From a virus: 64,000 nucleotides of DNA. Shown here piece after piece: positions 47,514-64,000 of the stretch (positions within the stretch are counted from its first letter, which is position 1; every line of letters begins with the position of its first letter). Both the position numbers and the translations under genes were made by a program. A model generated the notes under the pieces. It searched no databases, had not been told where the DNA came from, and worked only from the letters and a program-made list of their open reading frames with translations. Location: positions 64,001 through 128,000 of IMG/VR virus record IMGVR_UViG_3300049489_001303. The stretch is one strand, 5' to 3'.

Positions 47514-50500
47514 CCTTGGGGGTATTTGTATCCAGCTACACTCAGAACAATTTTACGATATTGCTCAAGCCTGTCGTCCCAATTATCACGTGTCTGAGCC
47601 ATACCCGTCTCCGGGCCGGCCTTTTTAAACTCTTTAACCGGGGGGTATTCCTCCGCGGGACCCACGTTAGAGTAGGCTGGGTCGGGAGTATTACCCGGAC
47701 CTTGCAACAATTTGTAGATTCGTGACCAGTAAACGGCCCCCTGGCTCCCCTTCGAGTCACCCGCCTCGCTGTAGAATCGCATCTCTTTAGCTCCCCGGAC
47801 ACTCTCAGCTTTGGCGGCGTCACCACCATGCCAGATACTGATATAGTCCTGCAGGCTGCACGCCGGCCGCGCCGCAAAGCGCATGGCCATTTCATAGTTC
47901 TCATACAACGGCGCCAGCTTCGCAGTGGCCTTCAAGAAGCTGTTATTTGTCAACTTCGACAGGTCACCCGTGAGTTCTATATCCTTCCCGGAATCATCCG
48001 ACGCGATGAGAAGCTCTCTCCAGTTGAACACCGCCGGCTTCGTGGAATTGGCGTCGCCGTACAGGAATTTGGCATAGTTGGTTTGAGCGGCTGTCAGGTA
48101 CTGGAAAGCCAGCGTAATATCCGGGATAACCTCTATGGGGTACATATCAGCTTTTTTAATAGGTATCCTGACCTGATACTCCTGGGGCTCCGACGTAGGA
48201 GTATTGCTCACCCCCGTGAAGTCCGCATCGTTATCCCCGCTGTCCTCGATCACTTGCCTGACGGCCGCTGTCTCAGGGTCTCCTCCAGTGCCCGTCGAAA
48301 CACTGGTGGGCTTAAGACCCGCCTCAGCTTGCTTCTTCCACATCTCAAGGTTGTCCGTATCATTCATAGCTTCTGTGTGGGCAACATTCGGGGGATCCAG
48401 ATGCACCCACCGCTGAGTCCTGGCACTCATCTTACCGTTATTCGCTCCTCGGATATCCACATGTGTGCTGCCGCCACCGTAGGGGTAGTATCCTACGCCA
48501 TGGCCTGTCGGGAAAGCATCCAGACAAAACAGCCAGAGCTCCTCCTGAGAAACACCCTCCACCTTAAAGTCGAGAGCTATAGCTCCTGAATGAAGCCCGC
48601 CCTTAGGGGCTCCATTCTCGTAGTAACCCTTGGTATTCTCTGTCGCTGCAAACCTATAGCCCGACACAATGTTTATAGCTTTACCGGGAAACCCCTGTGC
48701 CACGGTCTCAATGATGTTGATCGTTGCGGGGTTCATGGGTAATGCCCCCGGACGATCTGCTCTACAAAGGGTATTCCAGGTATCTTTCTGCTCCTGCGTC
48801 CAAGAGGCCCAATCGTTACCTGGCCACTCCAGCTTCTTACCTTTGCCCCTGATGATAGTCTTCTTGCCGGGCTTAGGAGCCTTGGTGGCAGCTTTTGCAG
48901 CCTCCCCCTGTTTCCCTGCAGTTTTTGTGGGGGGTATAGTCATCGTGATTAAACGCCCACCACCCCCGCCTTGAGCACTATCTGCCTGCACCTGCGCTGT
49001 TGTAGCGCCGGTAACCCCTGCAAACTCCTCCAGGCTTCTGGAGAAGGAGAAGGAGACCGTTGTCGTCATGCTACCCTGGGCGTTCAGGTTGTGGGACACC
49101 CCGGTGATGTACATGAAGATGTCCATCCCGGATTCATCTTTGTCGAAGATTACACCGGGGAACCCCGGTAGGACGTAGGGGTTAAAAGCCATATTTACGG
49201 TGCCGCTGCGCTCGCAGTAACGTCTGCGGTAGTACTCGTACTGAGCGTAATCCTCGAAGATCTGACTGAGGGGTCCATCAGATGTCTGAGGGCTCTCGAC
49301 GTTACCAGTGCTCTTCAGATCCTGGGCAAGCACGAACATCCACTCCGGGGCACTGGCCTGAGCCGACGTAGGACCTATGAAAAACTCCTCGGGGAACAGA
49401 AGCATATTCTTGGAACTCTCGACACCACCTGTCAATAGCTGCTTCATGCGTTTACGCACAGGCACAGGATAACCAGTAACCAGAACTGCACTGATGAGCG
49501 CCGCACTGGATGCTGCTTCATCTGATTCCCCGAAGAGTATCGTTTTGGTTACAGAGTTCTCATTGAGATACAACCTTGTGGGCTGCCCGTTGTAATTCTC
49601 CGAGTAGCCCCAGTCTGTTATCTGGGAAGGGAAAAACACGTTGCATACCGGAGGAAGCGCGAAATAAAGAGAGGGCTTCACATAGTGCGACGCAATCGTG
49701 GTGTTGGCATCCGCTTTGGCCCCCACCAGGCCATCGGCCATGTGTGTATCTTTGTTGAGCTGCACCGCGGGAGGCGCCGGCACCGCCAACACCTCCATAT
49801 ACATGTATCCCAGCACAGCCTGCAGCAGATCCCATGCGGACCCCGAGTTACCAACGCTCTCACCAACACGGGTCTGCAATACCTCCAGGATCTTCATCTC
49901 CTGTGCTGCTTTTATGAGAGGGAAGCACCCACCATTATCATAGTTACTGGGGCTATCATCGATCCCCGGGAAGCCGGCCCAACGCTTATAGAAGCCGGTC
50001 ATCAAAAGCCACCTACCAAAGAAGTTGCGCCCGGGAACCGATGCCGCGGTCTTGGGGAGCTTTACCTCAAAATTGGAGATGCTGTTATTATCCCCTGCCA
50101 CAACTTCAGGAACATCCGTGTTACTGGTACTGATCTCGGACAGTAGCGCTCTGAACACATTCAACACAAACTCGATGGGCCGCTTGATGGGGTTACCCAC
50201 AGAATTGCCATCGGGCTTTGTCAGCCCTTCATAAAACAGGCTGGCCGGATATAGTACTTTCGGCTCTGTAAAGTATGACGCATCGGAATTGCCCACAGCA
50301 CTAAGAGCCTGAACCATGTCATCTACTGACGATATGTAGAAGAACTGCAGCTGTCTGAAAATAGCCGCCTGTCCCAGGCAGTTCAGCTGCATCGATCGGC
50401 CACGGGGGTTGTTCTGATATGAAATACCCACAATCTCATATTCGCCCATAAGGCGCAGGGTGGGTTGTTCATCCCAGTGATAGTCCAGATAAAAAACAAC

Positions 50501-50686
50501 CACTTGGATGCGATCTTCAGCCCCCAGGCGACGCAATAACCTGTGTGGTGTGACTGTCAACGTTGCCGTGGGAACTTGCCAGACGCCGAAGGACGTGGAC
50601 ACGTTCTCAACGGGGATCTCCAGGCCATTGATATAAACCAGCCAGGCGCCCAAATGAAAGTCGCTGCTGCTGTAGTTAGTTGCCAT
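47510..50686 (-). CDS. putative baseplate hub protein with inserted peptidase M15 (LAS) domain
   Basis: N-terminal VYINGLEIPV and late SGTVNMAFNPYVLPGFPG...YITGVSH hub-like segments. M15 motifs IVSGYR, H-x6-D (HSGAIALD) and GVGYYP...THVDIR. Start taken as ATG 50686. Confidence 0.7.
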   Translation of the reverse strand: MATNYSSSDFHLGAWLVYINGLEIPVENVSTSFGVWQVPTATLTVTPHRLLRRLGAEDRIQVVVFYLDYHWDEQPTLRLMGEYEIVGISYQNNPRGRSMQLNCLGQAAIFRQLQFFYISSVDDMVQALSAVGNSDASYFTEPKVLYPASLFYEGLTKPDGNSVGNPIKRPIEFVLNVFRALLSEISTSNTDVPEVVAGDNNSISNFEVKLPKTAASVPGRNFFGRWLLMTGFYKRWAGFPGIDDSPSNYDNGGCFPLIKAAQEMKILEVLQTRVGESVGNSGSAWDLLQAVLGYMYMEVLAVPAPPAVQLNKDTHMADGLVGAKADANTTIASHYVKPSLYFALPPVCNVFFPSQITDWGYSENYNGQPTRLYLNENSVTKTILFGESDEAASSAALISAVLVTGYPVPVRKRMKQLLTGGVESSKNMLLFPEEFFIGPTSAQASAPEWMFVLAQDLKSTGNVESPQTSDGPLSQIFEDYAQYEYYRRRYCERSGTVNMAFNPYVLPGFPGVIFDKDESGMDIFMYITGVSHNLNAQGSMTTTVSFSFSRSLEEFAGVTGATTAQVQADSAQGGGGGRLITMTIPPTKTAGKQGEAAKAATKAPKPGKKTIIRGKGKKLEWPGNDWASWTQEQKDTWNTLCRADRPGALPMNPATINIIETVAQGFPGKAINIVSGYRFAATENTKGYYENGAPKGGLHSGAIALDFKVEGVSQEELWLFCLDAFPTGHGVGYYPYGGGSTHVDIRGANNGKMSARTQRWVHLDPPNVAHTEAMNDTDNLEMWKKQAEAGLKPTSVSTGTGGDPETAAVRQVIEDSGDNDADFTGVSNTPTSEPQEYQVRIPIKKADMYPIEVIPDITLAFQYLTAAQTNYAKFLYGDANSTKPAVFNWRELLIASDDSGKDIELTGDLSKLTNNSFLKATAKLAPLYENYEMAMRFAARPACSLQDYISIWHGGDAAKAESVRGAKEMRFYSEAGDSKGSQGAVYWSRIYKLLQGPGNTPDPAYSNVGPAEEYPPVKEFKKAGPETGMAQTRDNWDDRLEQYRKIVLSVAGYKYPQG

Positions 50687-51176
50687 TGTTGTCCATCTCC
50701 ATGTACGCTGCCAGAAGCACAACCGCCGACATGCCTGCTACACGGAGAACTGGACTGTTAGACTCGAGAGCAGCCAGGAGCAGAGTTACCTGAGAGGTCG
50801 GCAGATTGTATCCGGCGAAGGCTCTCGCTGCATTCTGGAAAAAGGGCATATCCGAAAGGAGGTCATCCGCGATCGCCTTGCTGTTCCGCTTCTCACATAT
50901 TGGAACCTGTAAGGCTTTACGGCGGGGCAGTAATCGGAGAAATATGGGTGAAATATTGGAGTCGAGCACTCTCAGAATGGTCTCACGGGTACTTACCGCC
51001 GGGGTTGTGGTATTCACCACCGTCTTCAGGAACTTAACCCGGAGAGCCTCAAAAGCTTCCATATACTGGAAGCTCCTCGACATCACCACCTCAACGTCGA
51101 TCATGGGACCGCGGTGGCACCCCCTGAAGGTTGTCGAGGTTCTGTCCCCGGTGTTGAATCTCCAAGTAAACGCCAT
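50676..51176 (-). CDS. hypothetical protein
   Basis: In-operon ORF; start uncertain. Confidence 0.55.
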   Translation of the reverse strand: MAFTWRFNTGDRTSTTFRGCHRGPMIDVEVVMSRSFQYMEAFEALRVKFLKTVVNTTTPAVSTRETILRVLDSNISPIFLRLLPRRKALQVPICEKRNSKAIADDLLSDMPFFQNAARAFAGYNLPTSQVTLLLAALESNSPVLRVAGMSAVVLLAAYMEMDNNGN

Positions 51177-51178
51177 GG

Positions 51179-51583
51179 CTACGGCCACTCCACTACGGCT
51201 GTTTTGGTTGCTTCGTTTCCGAACTCATCGAGCTGTGACACCCCGACAACGATCGTGCTGTTGCGGCGCCAGGCCTGGCTCTTACGTATCTTTATCCACA
51301 TGCGCTGACCGTCATAGGGCCGAACAACGATGCTGTAGGGGGAATCATGTGCTGGGAGGTACGTAGCACCCGCATCCTCGCTGATGGTTGTGCTATTTGC
51401 CAAGTCATCGGGGGAAAGTGTGCTGCTATAGCAGTAAATGTAGAACTCAATCCAGCTATCCAACAGCACATTGATAGCACCGTCCACAGGCGATGACAAC
51501 TGGAAACGCGGCTCTATATTGCTGGAAGGTGCACCATTCTGGTGACGCCCCCAGGCCAGATTACCAAAGCCGCCCGTTGTCAT
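51179..51583 (-). CDS. Ig-like-domain virion protein (putative)
   Basis: SSPVDGAINVLLDSWIEF resembles the start of a bacterial Ig-like domain; SD GGAGG. Confidence 0.5.
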   Translation of the reverse strand: MTTGGFGNLAWGRHQNGAPSSNIEPRFQLSSPVDGAINVLLDSWIEFYIYCYSSTLSPDDLANSTTISEDAGATYLPAHDSPYSIVVRPYDGQRMWIKIRKSQAWRRNSTIVVGVSQLDEFGNEATKTAVVEWP

Positions 51584-51601
51584 GTAGAAACCTCCAGAGC
51601 C

Positions 51602-52099
51602 TCAACAGAGTTTACACTCCAATAATACTACAATTTCCTTCGCGTTGAGGATACCATCGCACCAATCAGGCTCGATGGGGGTAAGTTCGGCTTCGATTTC
51701 TTGCTCCATCGCCTCTGGGAGGGTACGCATCCGCTCATTCTCAGCACTGATAGCCTCTGCATATTCCGTGATGAGAGGCTGAAGGTCCGCAGTATAGGCT
51801 TCGGTGTCGGCCAGGTCATAGCGGAGCGCCTGCCCTTGAGGGGTATTAATAACCTCTGTGATGGCTTGCCCCCTGTCATCGCGCTTGGCATGCTTCTCAA
51901 GGAGCTCAGCCTGCTTCTTACCGTATTCCACATAAGCAGATACACTGGTGTTTACTTTGTCAACAGCCTCGGCGAGGGGCTTGAGGGCGATCAGATTGCG
52001 GGCTACCTTGAACGCCGAACCAGCCGCGGGAACATCCCCGAGCTTCTGCATGACCTGAACCAAAGCCTTGACCTGTGAGTATTTGATATTGATTTTCAT
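51602..52099 (-). CDS. hypothetical helical protein (possible fibre chaperone)
   Basis: SD AGGAG before ATG 52099. Confidence 0.55.
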   Translation of the reverse strand: MKINIKYSQVKALVQVMQKLGDVPAAGSAFKVARNLIALKPLAEAVDKVNTSVSAYVEYGKKQAELLEKHAKRDDRGQAITEVINTPQGQALRYDLADTEAYTADLQPLITEYAEAISAENERMRTLPEAMEQEIEAELTPIEPDWCDGILNAKEIVVLLECKLC

Positions 52100-52157
52100 T
52101 GAAATCTCCTGTTGTTGGTGGGAGGAATGTAACACGAGGCAGGAGCGTAATCAAGAC

Positions 52158-52436
52158 TTAAGCGTGGAAATCAACCCGAATCTTTCCGGGGAACGTCTGA
52201 GCCCACACATAGATGTTCACGGGGGTGGGGTAATCGACGTTGTGTGTCGGGTAGTCCCAGACAATACCGGTCTCTACGCCGGTCTCCGGCGGATCGCTTT
52301 CGGGAGTCCGATACGTCCAGTAATACTGCGGAGCATTTGTGACGCGGGGGCGGAGGTGGAGTTGCCCTTGCTTGATGCCTTCTGCGACGCGCACCCACTG
52401 CTCTTGAGGGATTTCTACAATTTCAGGGTTCTTCAT
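52158..52436 (-). CDS. hypothetical protein, paralog of 52446-52877
   Basis: MKNP..IPQEQWVRVAEGIKQGQLH versus MANP..CPKDTWTKVAAGVKSGTLH. Confidence 0.65.
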   Translation of the reverse strand: MKNPEIVEIPQEQWVRVAEGIKQGQLHLRPRVTNAPQYYWTYRTPESDPPETGVETGIVWDYPTHNVDYPTPVNIYVWAQTFPGKIRVDFHA

Positions 52437-52445
52437 TTTGATTCC

Positions 52446-52877
52446 TTAAACCATGTCCACAAGGACACGTCCATCGAAAGGTGTAGAATACACCCAGATG
52501 TCTGATGCCTCATTCACATTCAGGCTGTTGTTTTTGTCCAGGTACACCCGCTCGTTGTCCACACCGTCGGTCATGTTGATGTGTGGGACCGTAAACGTGT
52601 CGAGGAACAGCACCTTACCCGCCAACACCGCTGCGTTTCTGTCTGCAGAGATGTCTGGATTCACCAGGTCCGCGGGGGAGGGGAGGCGGTTCCAGGTGTC
52701 ATCCGCCGGAGTGGCACCCAGATTCCATACGTCCTTGGTGCCCGTGTCTACGCGGCACCAGATATACGTCGGAGCAGCCCAGGCTGTTTCTACCGTATGC
52801 AGGGTTCCAGACTTTACACCAGCGGCTACTTTGGTCCAGGTGTCCTTGGGGCATGTTACATAAACGGGATTTGCCAT
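52446..52877 (-). CDS. hypothetical protein, paralog of 52158-52436
   Basis: Shared N- and C-terminal patterns; SD GAGGA. Confidence 0.65.
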   Translation of the reverse strand: MANPVYVTCPKDTWTKVAAGVKSGTLHTVETAWAAPTYIWCRVDTGTKDVWNLGATPADDTWNRLPSPADLVNPDISADRNAAVLAGKVLFLDTFTVPHINMTDGVDNERVYLDKNNSLNVNEASDIWVYSTPFDGRVLVDMV

Positions 52878-52886
52878 TTTAATTCC

Positions 52887-55667
52887 TCACTTCGAGTAGA
52901 GAGTGCGGCTTCCCAGCGCGTCAATCTCGTAATGTGTGCCGTAGTTGATCAGGAATACATCCCCGGGGAACGTGTCCTGGCTGCTGCGCGAAAATGACGT
53001 CAGGTTCTCCTGCGAAACACTATTGCTCACGGGCTGGTACCCTGTCAAGTTGCTCCAGTCAGCTGAGTCATCAATGGGAACCAGATAGTGTCCATACGCC
53101 GGGTAGGTCATGGAAGCTGTCCAGGTCACGTCGAACGTATGCGTGTTATTGGTGAACACCCCAGTGCCTACCGGATCCACTTCTGTGGCTCCAATGTAGT
53201 GAATACCCGCCGAATAGATCTCCACGATGAACCTGATAGTCTGCCCAGCTATGATGTCCTGGTTAGTCGTGATATGCACATGTGGATATACCTTGCTCCC
53301 CACCAGCCAATTGTGCTGCATAGGCACATTGAAGCTGGCAGACTGCATGATTCCAGGCTCGAAGGCCAGCAACTGAACGCCTCGGGAAATATCGTTACCT
53401 ACAGGGCCCACCACCCAGCTGGGAGATCCGGCCAATACCAGAGCACTGCCGGTCAGGGTGTTGGCCACAGACGTTCCAGCGCCTTCTTCCATGCGCCAGA
53501 TACCTACCGCGGTGGGGCCCGACGGAATAGTATACGTGCCGTGTCCATCATTGTAGCGGCTCAGAACGTTTGCGGGAGACATCACCGTGGAGTACACCGC
53601 CACGTTCGTGATAGCCGCGTCCGCCGAATACTGCACAGCGCCACCATTGGCAGCAAAACCACCCACCGTGATGGGCGAGTTGAAGTTGAACGTAGCCGCC
53701 GTGAGTGCTGTGGACTTACCGTTCACGTAGAGCAGTGCTGTGTTTCCGGTTGTGGTGAGCACCAGGTGGTTCCAACGATTGAGCGCCAAAGGATAAACTC
53801 CGTTGACTGCCGTGCCACCGTTGAAGCGTACATACGGTATTCTGGAGTTGTCCGGGGTTCCGATCTCAAGCCGCGATGTAGAAGCATTGTTATGCGCTGC
53901 GAAGTATACCTGCTGCCCCCGGATGTTAGTTGGTCGGACCCACAGGTCAATACTGTACGTGCCGCTGGTCAGGGCGTTCGTGAGCGCCGTGTATAGGGCA
54001 ATGGTTCCGTACTTGCTGGTGGCGTTGAAATTAACAGCGTTAAGGGTTGTCCCCGAGGTCTGCAGTACAGTCTTGTAAACCGGGGGGTTAGCCTCATCAG
54101 TGGTCATTCCAGCAGCTGCAACGTAGTAGTCTTCAAATGTAGTGGCCTTACCATGCAACTGCATGGATCCGTCACCCTGCACTTCAAAGTAGTCCGCGCC
54201 CACGCCCACTTTGAGAATAGGATTGCTGTTCGCCGCGGGGGAAATAATCTCGTACAGACCCGTCGCCGGGTTGAACTTGAGACGTGTTGAGGACGTATAC
54301 GGCGTAACCACGCCGTTGATCGTGGTGCTCATTACAGGGTACAGATTCAGGTTGGCCGAGGTGTCTGTACCGGACATCGTTGTGCCTGCGGGGCCTTCAG
54401 CGCCCGTAGCCCCAGTGGGGCCCGTGGCGCCCGTAGCACCAGTGGGGCCGGTAGCTCCTGTCGGGCCGTCCGCGCCGGTGGGGCCAATCAAGCCTTGTGG
54501 GCCAGTGGCTCCTGTGGCGCCTTTCGCCCCCGTAGCACCTGTGGGGCCCTGCGGTCCTGTGATATTGCCCACATCCGTAAAGGTATCCGGCAATGCGGTG
54601 CAGACATAGAGGTGACCGGAGTCCACCACGATGTAACCATCACCGAGGGTGTTACCTTCTGTAGGAAGATTCGCCGCAGTGGCCACGCTGCCTTTGATAA
54701 CAACAGACTGGCCATCCTGGCCCGTTGGGCCAGTGGGACCGTCGGCGCCAGTTTCACCTGTGGGGCCGGTGGGGCCGGTTGCACCAGTTGCACCAGTGGC
54801 GCCGGTGGCGCCGGTTGCACCCGTCGGGCCAGTGGCTCCGGTGGCTCCAGTAGCGCCAACGCCCGTGGCTCCAGTAGCTCCAGTGGGACCTGTGGGACCA
54901 GTGGCTCCCTGAATACCCTGCAACCCTGTATCACCGGTGGGACCTGTGGGGCCGGTGGGGCCTGTTCCACCTGTGGCACCCTTAGCAGCTACCAGTTCCC
55001 AGTAGTTCGTGTCGGTAACGGGGTTTCCCGTTGAGGGTGTAGCAAAAACATAGACGTAAGATGCTCCGTTGAACGTTACAACGTCCACATAGCGGTATTC
55101 GGTGCCGACGTCCCAAACTCCCATGGGCATCCACATAACCCCTGTAGCGCCGGTAGCGCCGGTGGGTCCCGTGTCGCCGCGGATGCCGCTGTCGGCGATT
55201 TCGTTGATGGCGCCGATAACGGAGGTAGCTGTAAACCCCGGGTCGAGACCGGTAACCCCCGGCTCAGTAAAGGGTATAGGGTCCGCAAGATTGCCCATGT
55301 CTGCAGTATGGAACTGTACAACGTCCGCTCTTAAGGAGGTTGTGGCTACGCCGAAGCGTACGTCCGTAGTAACCTCTGCCCAATTGGAATCTGTGCTGGC
55401 GGACAGCCTACAGGATAGCATCAGATCAGCGCTGTCTTCATATATTGTGCAGTCCAGACCTGCATTATTATCCCCGGAGCCTGTTCGCGCCATTACAGTA
55501 GCATACGCGTTACGTACTTCAGCCCCTACAGGGGTTTCTGCGGTATTCTCTGCCAGGAGCAAAGCTTCAACAGCGTCTGTAGTCTCATTGAATTCAGCTA
55601 CAAGCGTGACATCCTGGCTCACACTGATTTCACCACTGAACCCCGTATTATTACCCAAGTTAGCCAT
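52887..55667 (-). CDS. collagen-like tail fibre with LamG/concanavalin A-like domain
   Basis: Long G-x-T triplet runs. [17 protein letters not shown] module. YSIDLWVRP...WNHLVLT...LLYVNG LamG signature. Confidence 0.8.
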   Translation of the reverse strand: MANLGNNTGFSGEISVSQDVTLVAEFNETTDAVEALLLAENTAETPVGAEVRNAYATVMARTGSGDNNAGLDCTIYEDSADLMLSCRLSASTDSNWAEVTTDVRFGVATTSLRADVVQFHTADMGNLADPIPFTEPGVTGLDPGFTATSVIGAINEIADSGIRGDTGPTGATGATGVMWMPMGVWDVGTEYRYVDVVTFNGASYVYVFATPSTGNPVTDTNYWELVAAKGATGGTGPTGPTGPTGDTGLQGIQGATGPTGPTGATGATGVGATGATGATGPTGATGATGATGATGATGPTGPTGETGADGPTGPTGQDGQSVVIKGSVATAANLPTEGNTLGDGYIVVDSGHLYVCTALPDTFTDVGNITGPQGPTGATGAKGATGATGPQGLIGPTGADGPTGATGPTGATGATGPTGATGAEGPAGTTMSGTDTSANLNLYPVMSTTINGVVTPYTSSTRLKFNPATGLYEIISPAANSNPILKVGVGADYFEVQGDGSMQLHGKATTFEDYYVAAAGMTTDEANPPVYKTVLQTSGTTLNAVNFNATSKYGTIALYTALTNALTSGTYSIDLWVRPTNIRGQQVYFAAHNNASTSRLEIGTPDNSRIPYVRFNGGTAVNGVYPLALNRWNHLVLTTTGNTALLYVNGKSTALTAATFNFNSPITVGGFAANGGAVQYSADAAITNVAVYSTVMSPANVLSRYNDGHGTYTIPSGPTAVGIWRMEEGAGTSVANTLTGSALVLAGSPSWVVGPVGNDISRGVQLLAFEPGIMQSASFNVPMQHNWLVGSKVYPHVHITTNQDIIAGQTIRFIVEIYSAGIHYIGATEVDPVGTGVFTNNTHTFDVTWTASMTYPAYGHYLVPIDDSADWSNLTGYQPVSNSVSQENLTSFSRSSQDTFPGDVFLINYGTHYEIDALGSRTLYSK
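54385..54980 (-). repeat. collagen-like 9-bp (Gly-X-Thr) tandem repeats, two blocks
   Basis: GPT/GAT triplet arrays; boundaries approximate. Confidence 0.85.
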
Positions 55668-55722
55668 TGAGGTCTCCTATATCCAAGCAAAGGATCTGCT
55701 TCTATTATACTACAAAACGTTC

Positions 55723-56844
55723 TCAACCTATGTAAGAACGTGCCACGGGGGCCGCGCCGCCGCCTGTGGGTATGTTCTCTACCGTGAAGACTCCGCGGAA
55801 GGCGGGGAGTCCCATGTTGCTTCCCATCCGTTCGTATACCGCGATGCCCTTACCGGGATACAGCACGGTCTCACTCAATGTGTTCTGTCCGAACATTGAA
55901 TACTTCGCGGCGTTCTCGATTGTCTGGTTGAAGGGGATCGCCGCGTCCTGTGCCTGATGGAACCAAGCCACTGAACGAACCAGGGGCTTTGTGACCAAGC
56001 CACCCTGATTAGCGCCGGCGCGGGTTGTGGCAACCGTAGTCATGACTTTTACAGTGGACGGCAATGGAACCGCGCTGTCCATGGGGATCACATCTTCAGC
56101 CCCACCTGTGGTCGGGTCTATGTTATCGATGAATTCAACTTCAAATTTGTTCTGAACCGCAAGTCCAATTTCAATAACCGTGATGCGCTCGATCTCCACA
56201 GGGTATGTCGAGTCGGCGTTGAAGATCGTCCACATCGGAAAGCCTCGGATGACGGACACTTCCGCGCTGCACCAATATGTCAGCGAATTCTGACGAAACC
56301 TGACACCTATACCGTAAGCCATAGGAAAACTGTTACCGGGCATATCCAGGCAGAGGCCTTGATTCTGATTCAGGGTGATCGGCTGAACCTGACCCACTAC
56401 ACCTGCTTGCCGGTCGTAAACTTCCGAGCAACATGGGAACTGCCGTGCGCTTCCCGGCAATGCAACTGTGGCCATTGCCAGTGGTAGACACTGGATACTA
56501 CGGACAAGGCTGTTTGCCGTGAGTGTCACGCTGTCCGGATTCGCGCAGACAGTTACGTTCGTAGGGTCGGCGTTGTTCGAGTCCATCTTCAGCGGGGTAG
56601 CCGGCCGCCCTGACCCCACTGTGACTGCGCTGATGCGCTGCAGTTGGGCGCTGCCGCCGGAAAGACTTGTGCCTGGATGATTTCCAAAAACGTCGATCTG
56701 CTTGATGCGGACGATCTTGCCGGAAGATCCAGTATTGTAGATAGCGAACGCCGCAGAGTTCTGCATAAACCCCAGCACGTTATCAACATTCTGTCCCCAG
56801 ATTGTCTGATACGGCCGGATGTTGAATGCGTAGCTGTCAGCCAT
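55723..56844 (-). CDS. hypothetical virion-associated protein with two internal repeat domains
   Basis: The two halves share IxN..xI.rI...P(x)MDS...LVRS...L...G patterns. Confidence 0.65.
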   Translation of the reverse strand: MADSYAFNIRPYQTIWGQNVDNVLGFMQNSAAFAIYNTGSSGKIVRIKQIDVFGNHPGTSLSGGSAQLQRISAVTVGSGRPATPLKMDSNNADPTNVTVCANPDSVTLTANSLVRSIQCLPLAMATVALPGSARQFPCCSEVYDRQAGVVGQVQPITLNQNQGLCLDMPGNSFPMAYGIGVRFRQNSLTYWCSAEVSVIRGFPMWTIFNADSTYPVEIERITVIEIGLAVQNKFEVEFIDNIDPTTGGAEDVIPMDSAVPLPSTVKVMTTVATTRAGANQGGLVTKPLVRSVAWFHQAQDAAIPFNQTIENAAKYSMFGQNTLSETVLYPGKGIAVYERMGSNMGLPAFRGVFTVENIPTGGGAAPVARSYIG

Positions 56845-56850
56845 TCGATT

Positions 56851-57369
56851 CTATTCCTTCGTGAACTCAATCCAGGTGTCGAGCAAGCCCACCGCGCCGG
56901 TCGTGTTGTAGACAGCCACCAGCTCATTCTGTCGAAGTGTCAACGGCTGCACGTTGCTGTCGCCGTATCCCGCATCCCAGATGATGTTCAGCGGCACCAT
57001 TGTTTCGAGCTCATCGAGCGTACCTGTCGAGATCGCTGCTTCGTCCGATGACCAGAACACACGGCGAAGAAGTGTCGATGTTCCAGCCAATGTTCCGGCA
57101 TGCGCATACGTTGCAGTAGTAGGTGCGCTGTTCGTGGTGTCATGTGTCACCGGAGTAATCGCCGTGCCAGCCACCGAAAACGAAGCACCCGTGTATCGCC
57201 GCAACTCCAACTGGCACAATACACCCGTCACAGATGCTGTCTGCGCATTAAGCAGCCCTACGCGCCGCACTTTCAGAATTTCAGAAGCATGTGCATTCAG
57301 CACCGCACCCATGTTTTTACCGGCTGCGAACGCGATACCAGAATAATATGCTGTCCATGTCTGTGCCAT
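56851..57369 (-). CDS. hypothetical protein, single-domain paralog of 55723-56844
   Basis: TPVTHDTTN / QPLTLRQNE versus TPLKMDSNN / QPITLNQNQ. Confidence 0.65.
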   Translation of the reverse strand: MAQTWTAYYSGIAFAAGKNMGAVLNAHASEILKVRRVGLLNAQTASVTGVLCQLELRRYTGASFSVAGTAITPVTHDTTNSAPTTATYAHAGTLAGTSTLLRRVFWSSDEAAISTGTLDELETMVPLNIIWDAGYGDSNVQPLTLRQNELVAVYNTTGAVGLLDTWIEFTKE

Positions 57370-57372
57370 TGT

Positions 57373-57629
57373 TCAGTCCTTTGAATACAGAGTAGTCTCG
57401 TTGCGACCCTCATTTAAAATTGCCTGTTCCACTTTACCTGCCCGCAGATTCTCAATGGCTGTGACCACTCGGTCCTTACGGTCTCCCGGGGGCATGGACG
57501 CTGCCATTTTTCCACGCGCATTCAGGGTGAACTGACAGACCCTCTTGAGCTGGATAGGCTCCAGCATTCGTGGTGTCTGGCAGATCCATACACCCCTGAG
57601 ATCATTATACATCATGCGGATGTCATTCA

Positions 57630-57633
<4 letters not shown>
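57373..57633 (-). CDS. hypothetical protein
   Basis: ATGA overlap with the fibre gene; GGAGGT upstream. Confidence 0.55.
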
Positions 57634-63769
<6,136 letters not shown>

Positions 63770-63777
63770 CTTGCTAC

Positions 63778-63972
63778 CTACCCCTCCCAAAAAGTACCGT
63801 TCCACCGTTTTACCGGCGCAGACTCCCAGGCTGTGTTCGTGGCGTTCCTTCTCTGTACGTCCACCAACTCCCAGGCTGTGCCCGTCCACCGATAGACTCT
63901 ACCAAGCTTCAAATTGATGTCAAATGAAGTAGTGGTTGGTTGTTCTTTCAGCCATATATCGAAGTCCGCCAT
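63778..63972 (-). CDS. small hypothetical protein with W-x-G-x-x-W repeats
   Basis: RWTGTAW and RWNGTFW; GAGG upstream. Confidence 0.55.
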   Translation of the reverse strand: MADFDIWLKEQPTTTSFDINLKLGRVYRWTGTAWELVDVQRRNATNTAWESAPVKRWNGTFWEG

Positions 63973-64000
63973 TACTGCCTCGTTGGAGTACCATTGGCAC

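Noticed and set aside
63770-63889. N-terminal extension of the glycosyltransferase in the ORF track
   Set aside because: It overlaps the upstream 64-aa gene. GT2 similarity begins at KLWISMIVKNE, consistent with a TTG start at 63769.

Overview
This 64 kb window looks like part of a large contractile-tailed dsDNA phage genome rather than a cellular chromosome. The minus strand carries virion and packaging genes: portal, large terminase, baseplate wedge/hub, collagen-like tail fibres and a GT2 glycosyltransferase. It also carries a bacterial-type RNA polymerase in which beta is fused to the N-terminal half of beta', two sigma factors, and a LigD-like polymerase-phosphoesterase. The plus strand carries replication and accessory genes interleaved among these: SNF2 helicase, two Cas4-like nucleases, an amidase, ParB, a primase-helicase, a UDG-PolA DNA polymerase, a MoxR-type AAA+ ATPase, a metallopeptidase-vWA protein, a retron-type reverse transcriptase and RuvC. 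The most striking signal is a ~285-nt gap between the DNA polymerase and the terminase (24576-24856). It contains two tandem, divergent units that each have retron msr-msd-like architecture and share a 22-nt hairpin motif, followed by a terminator. The only retron-type RT in the window lies about 7 kb away in a vWA-containing operon and has no adjacent ncRNA. Together these suggest a split, multi-template phage retron-like system (inference). All protein calls come from motif recognition by eye; no database searches or folding programs were run.
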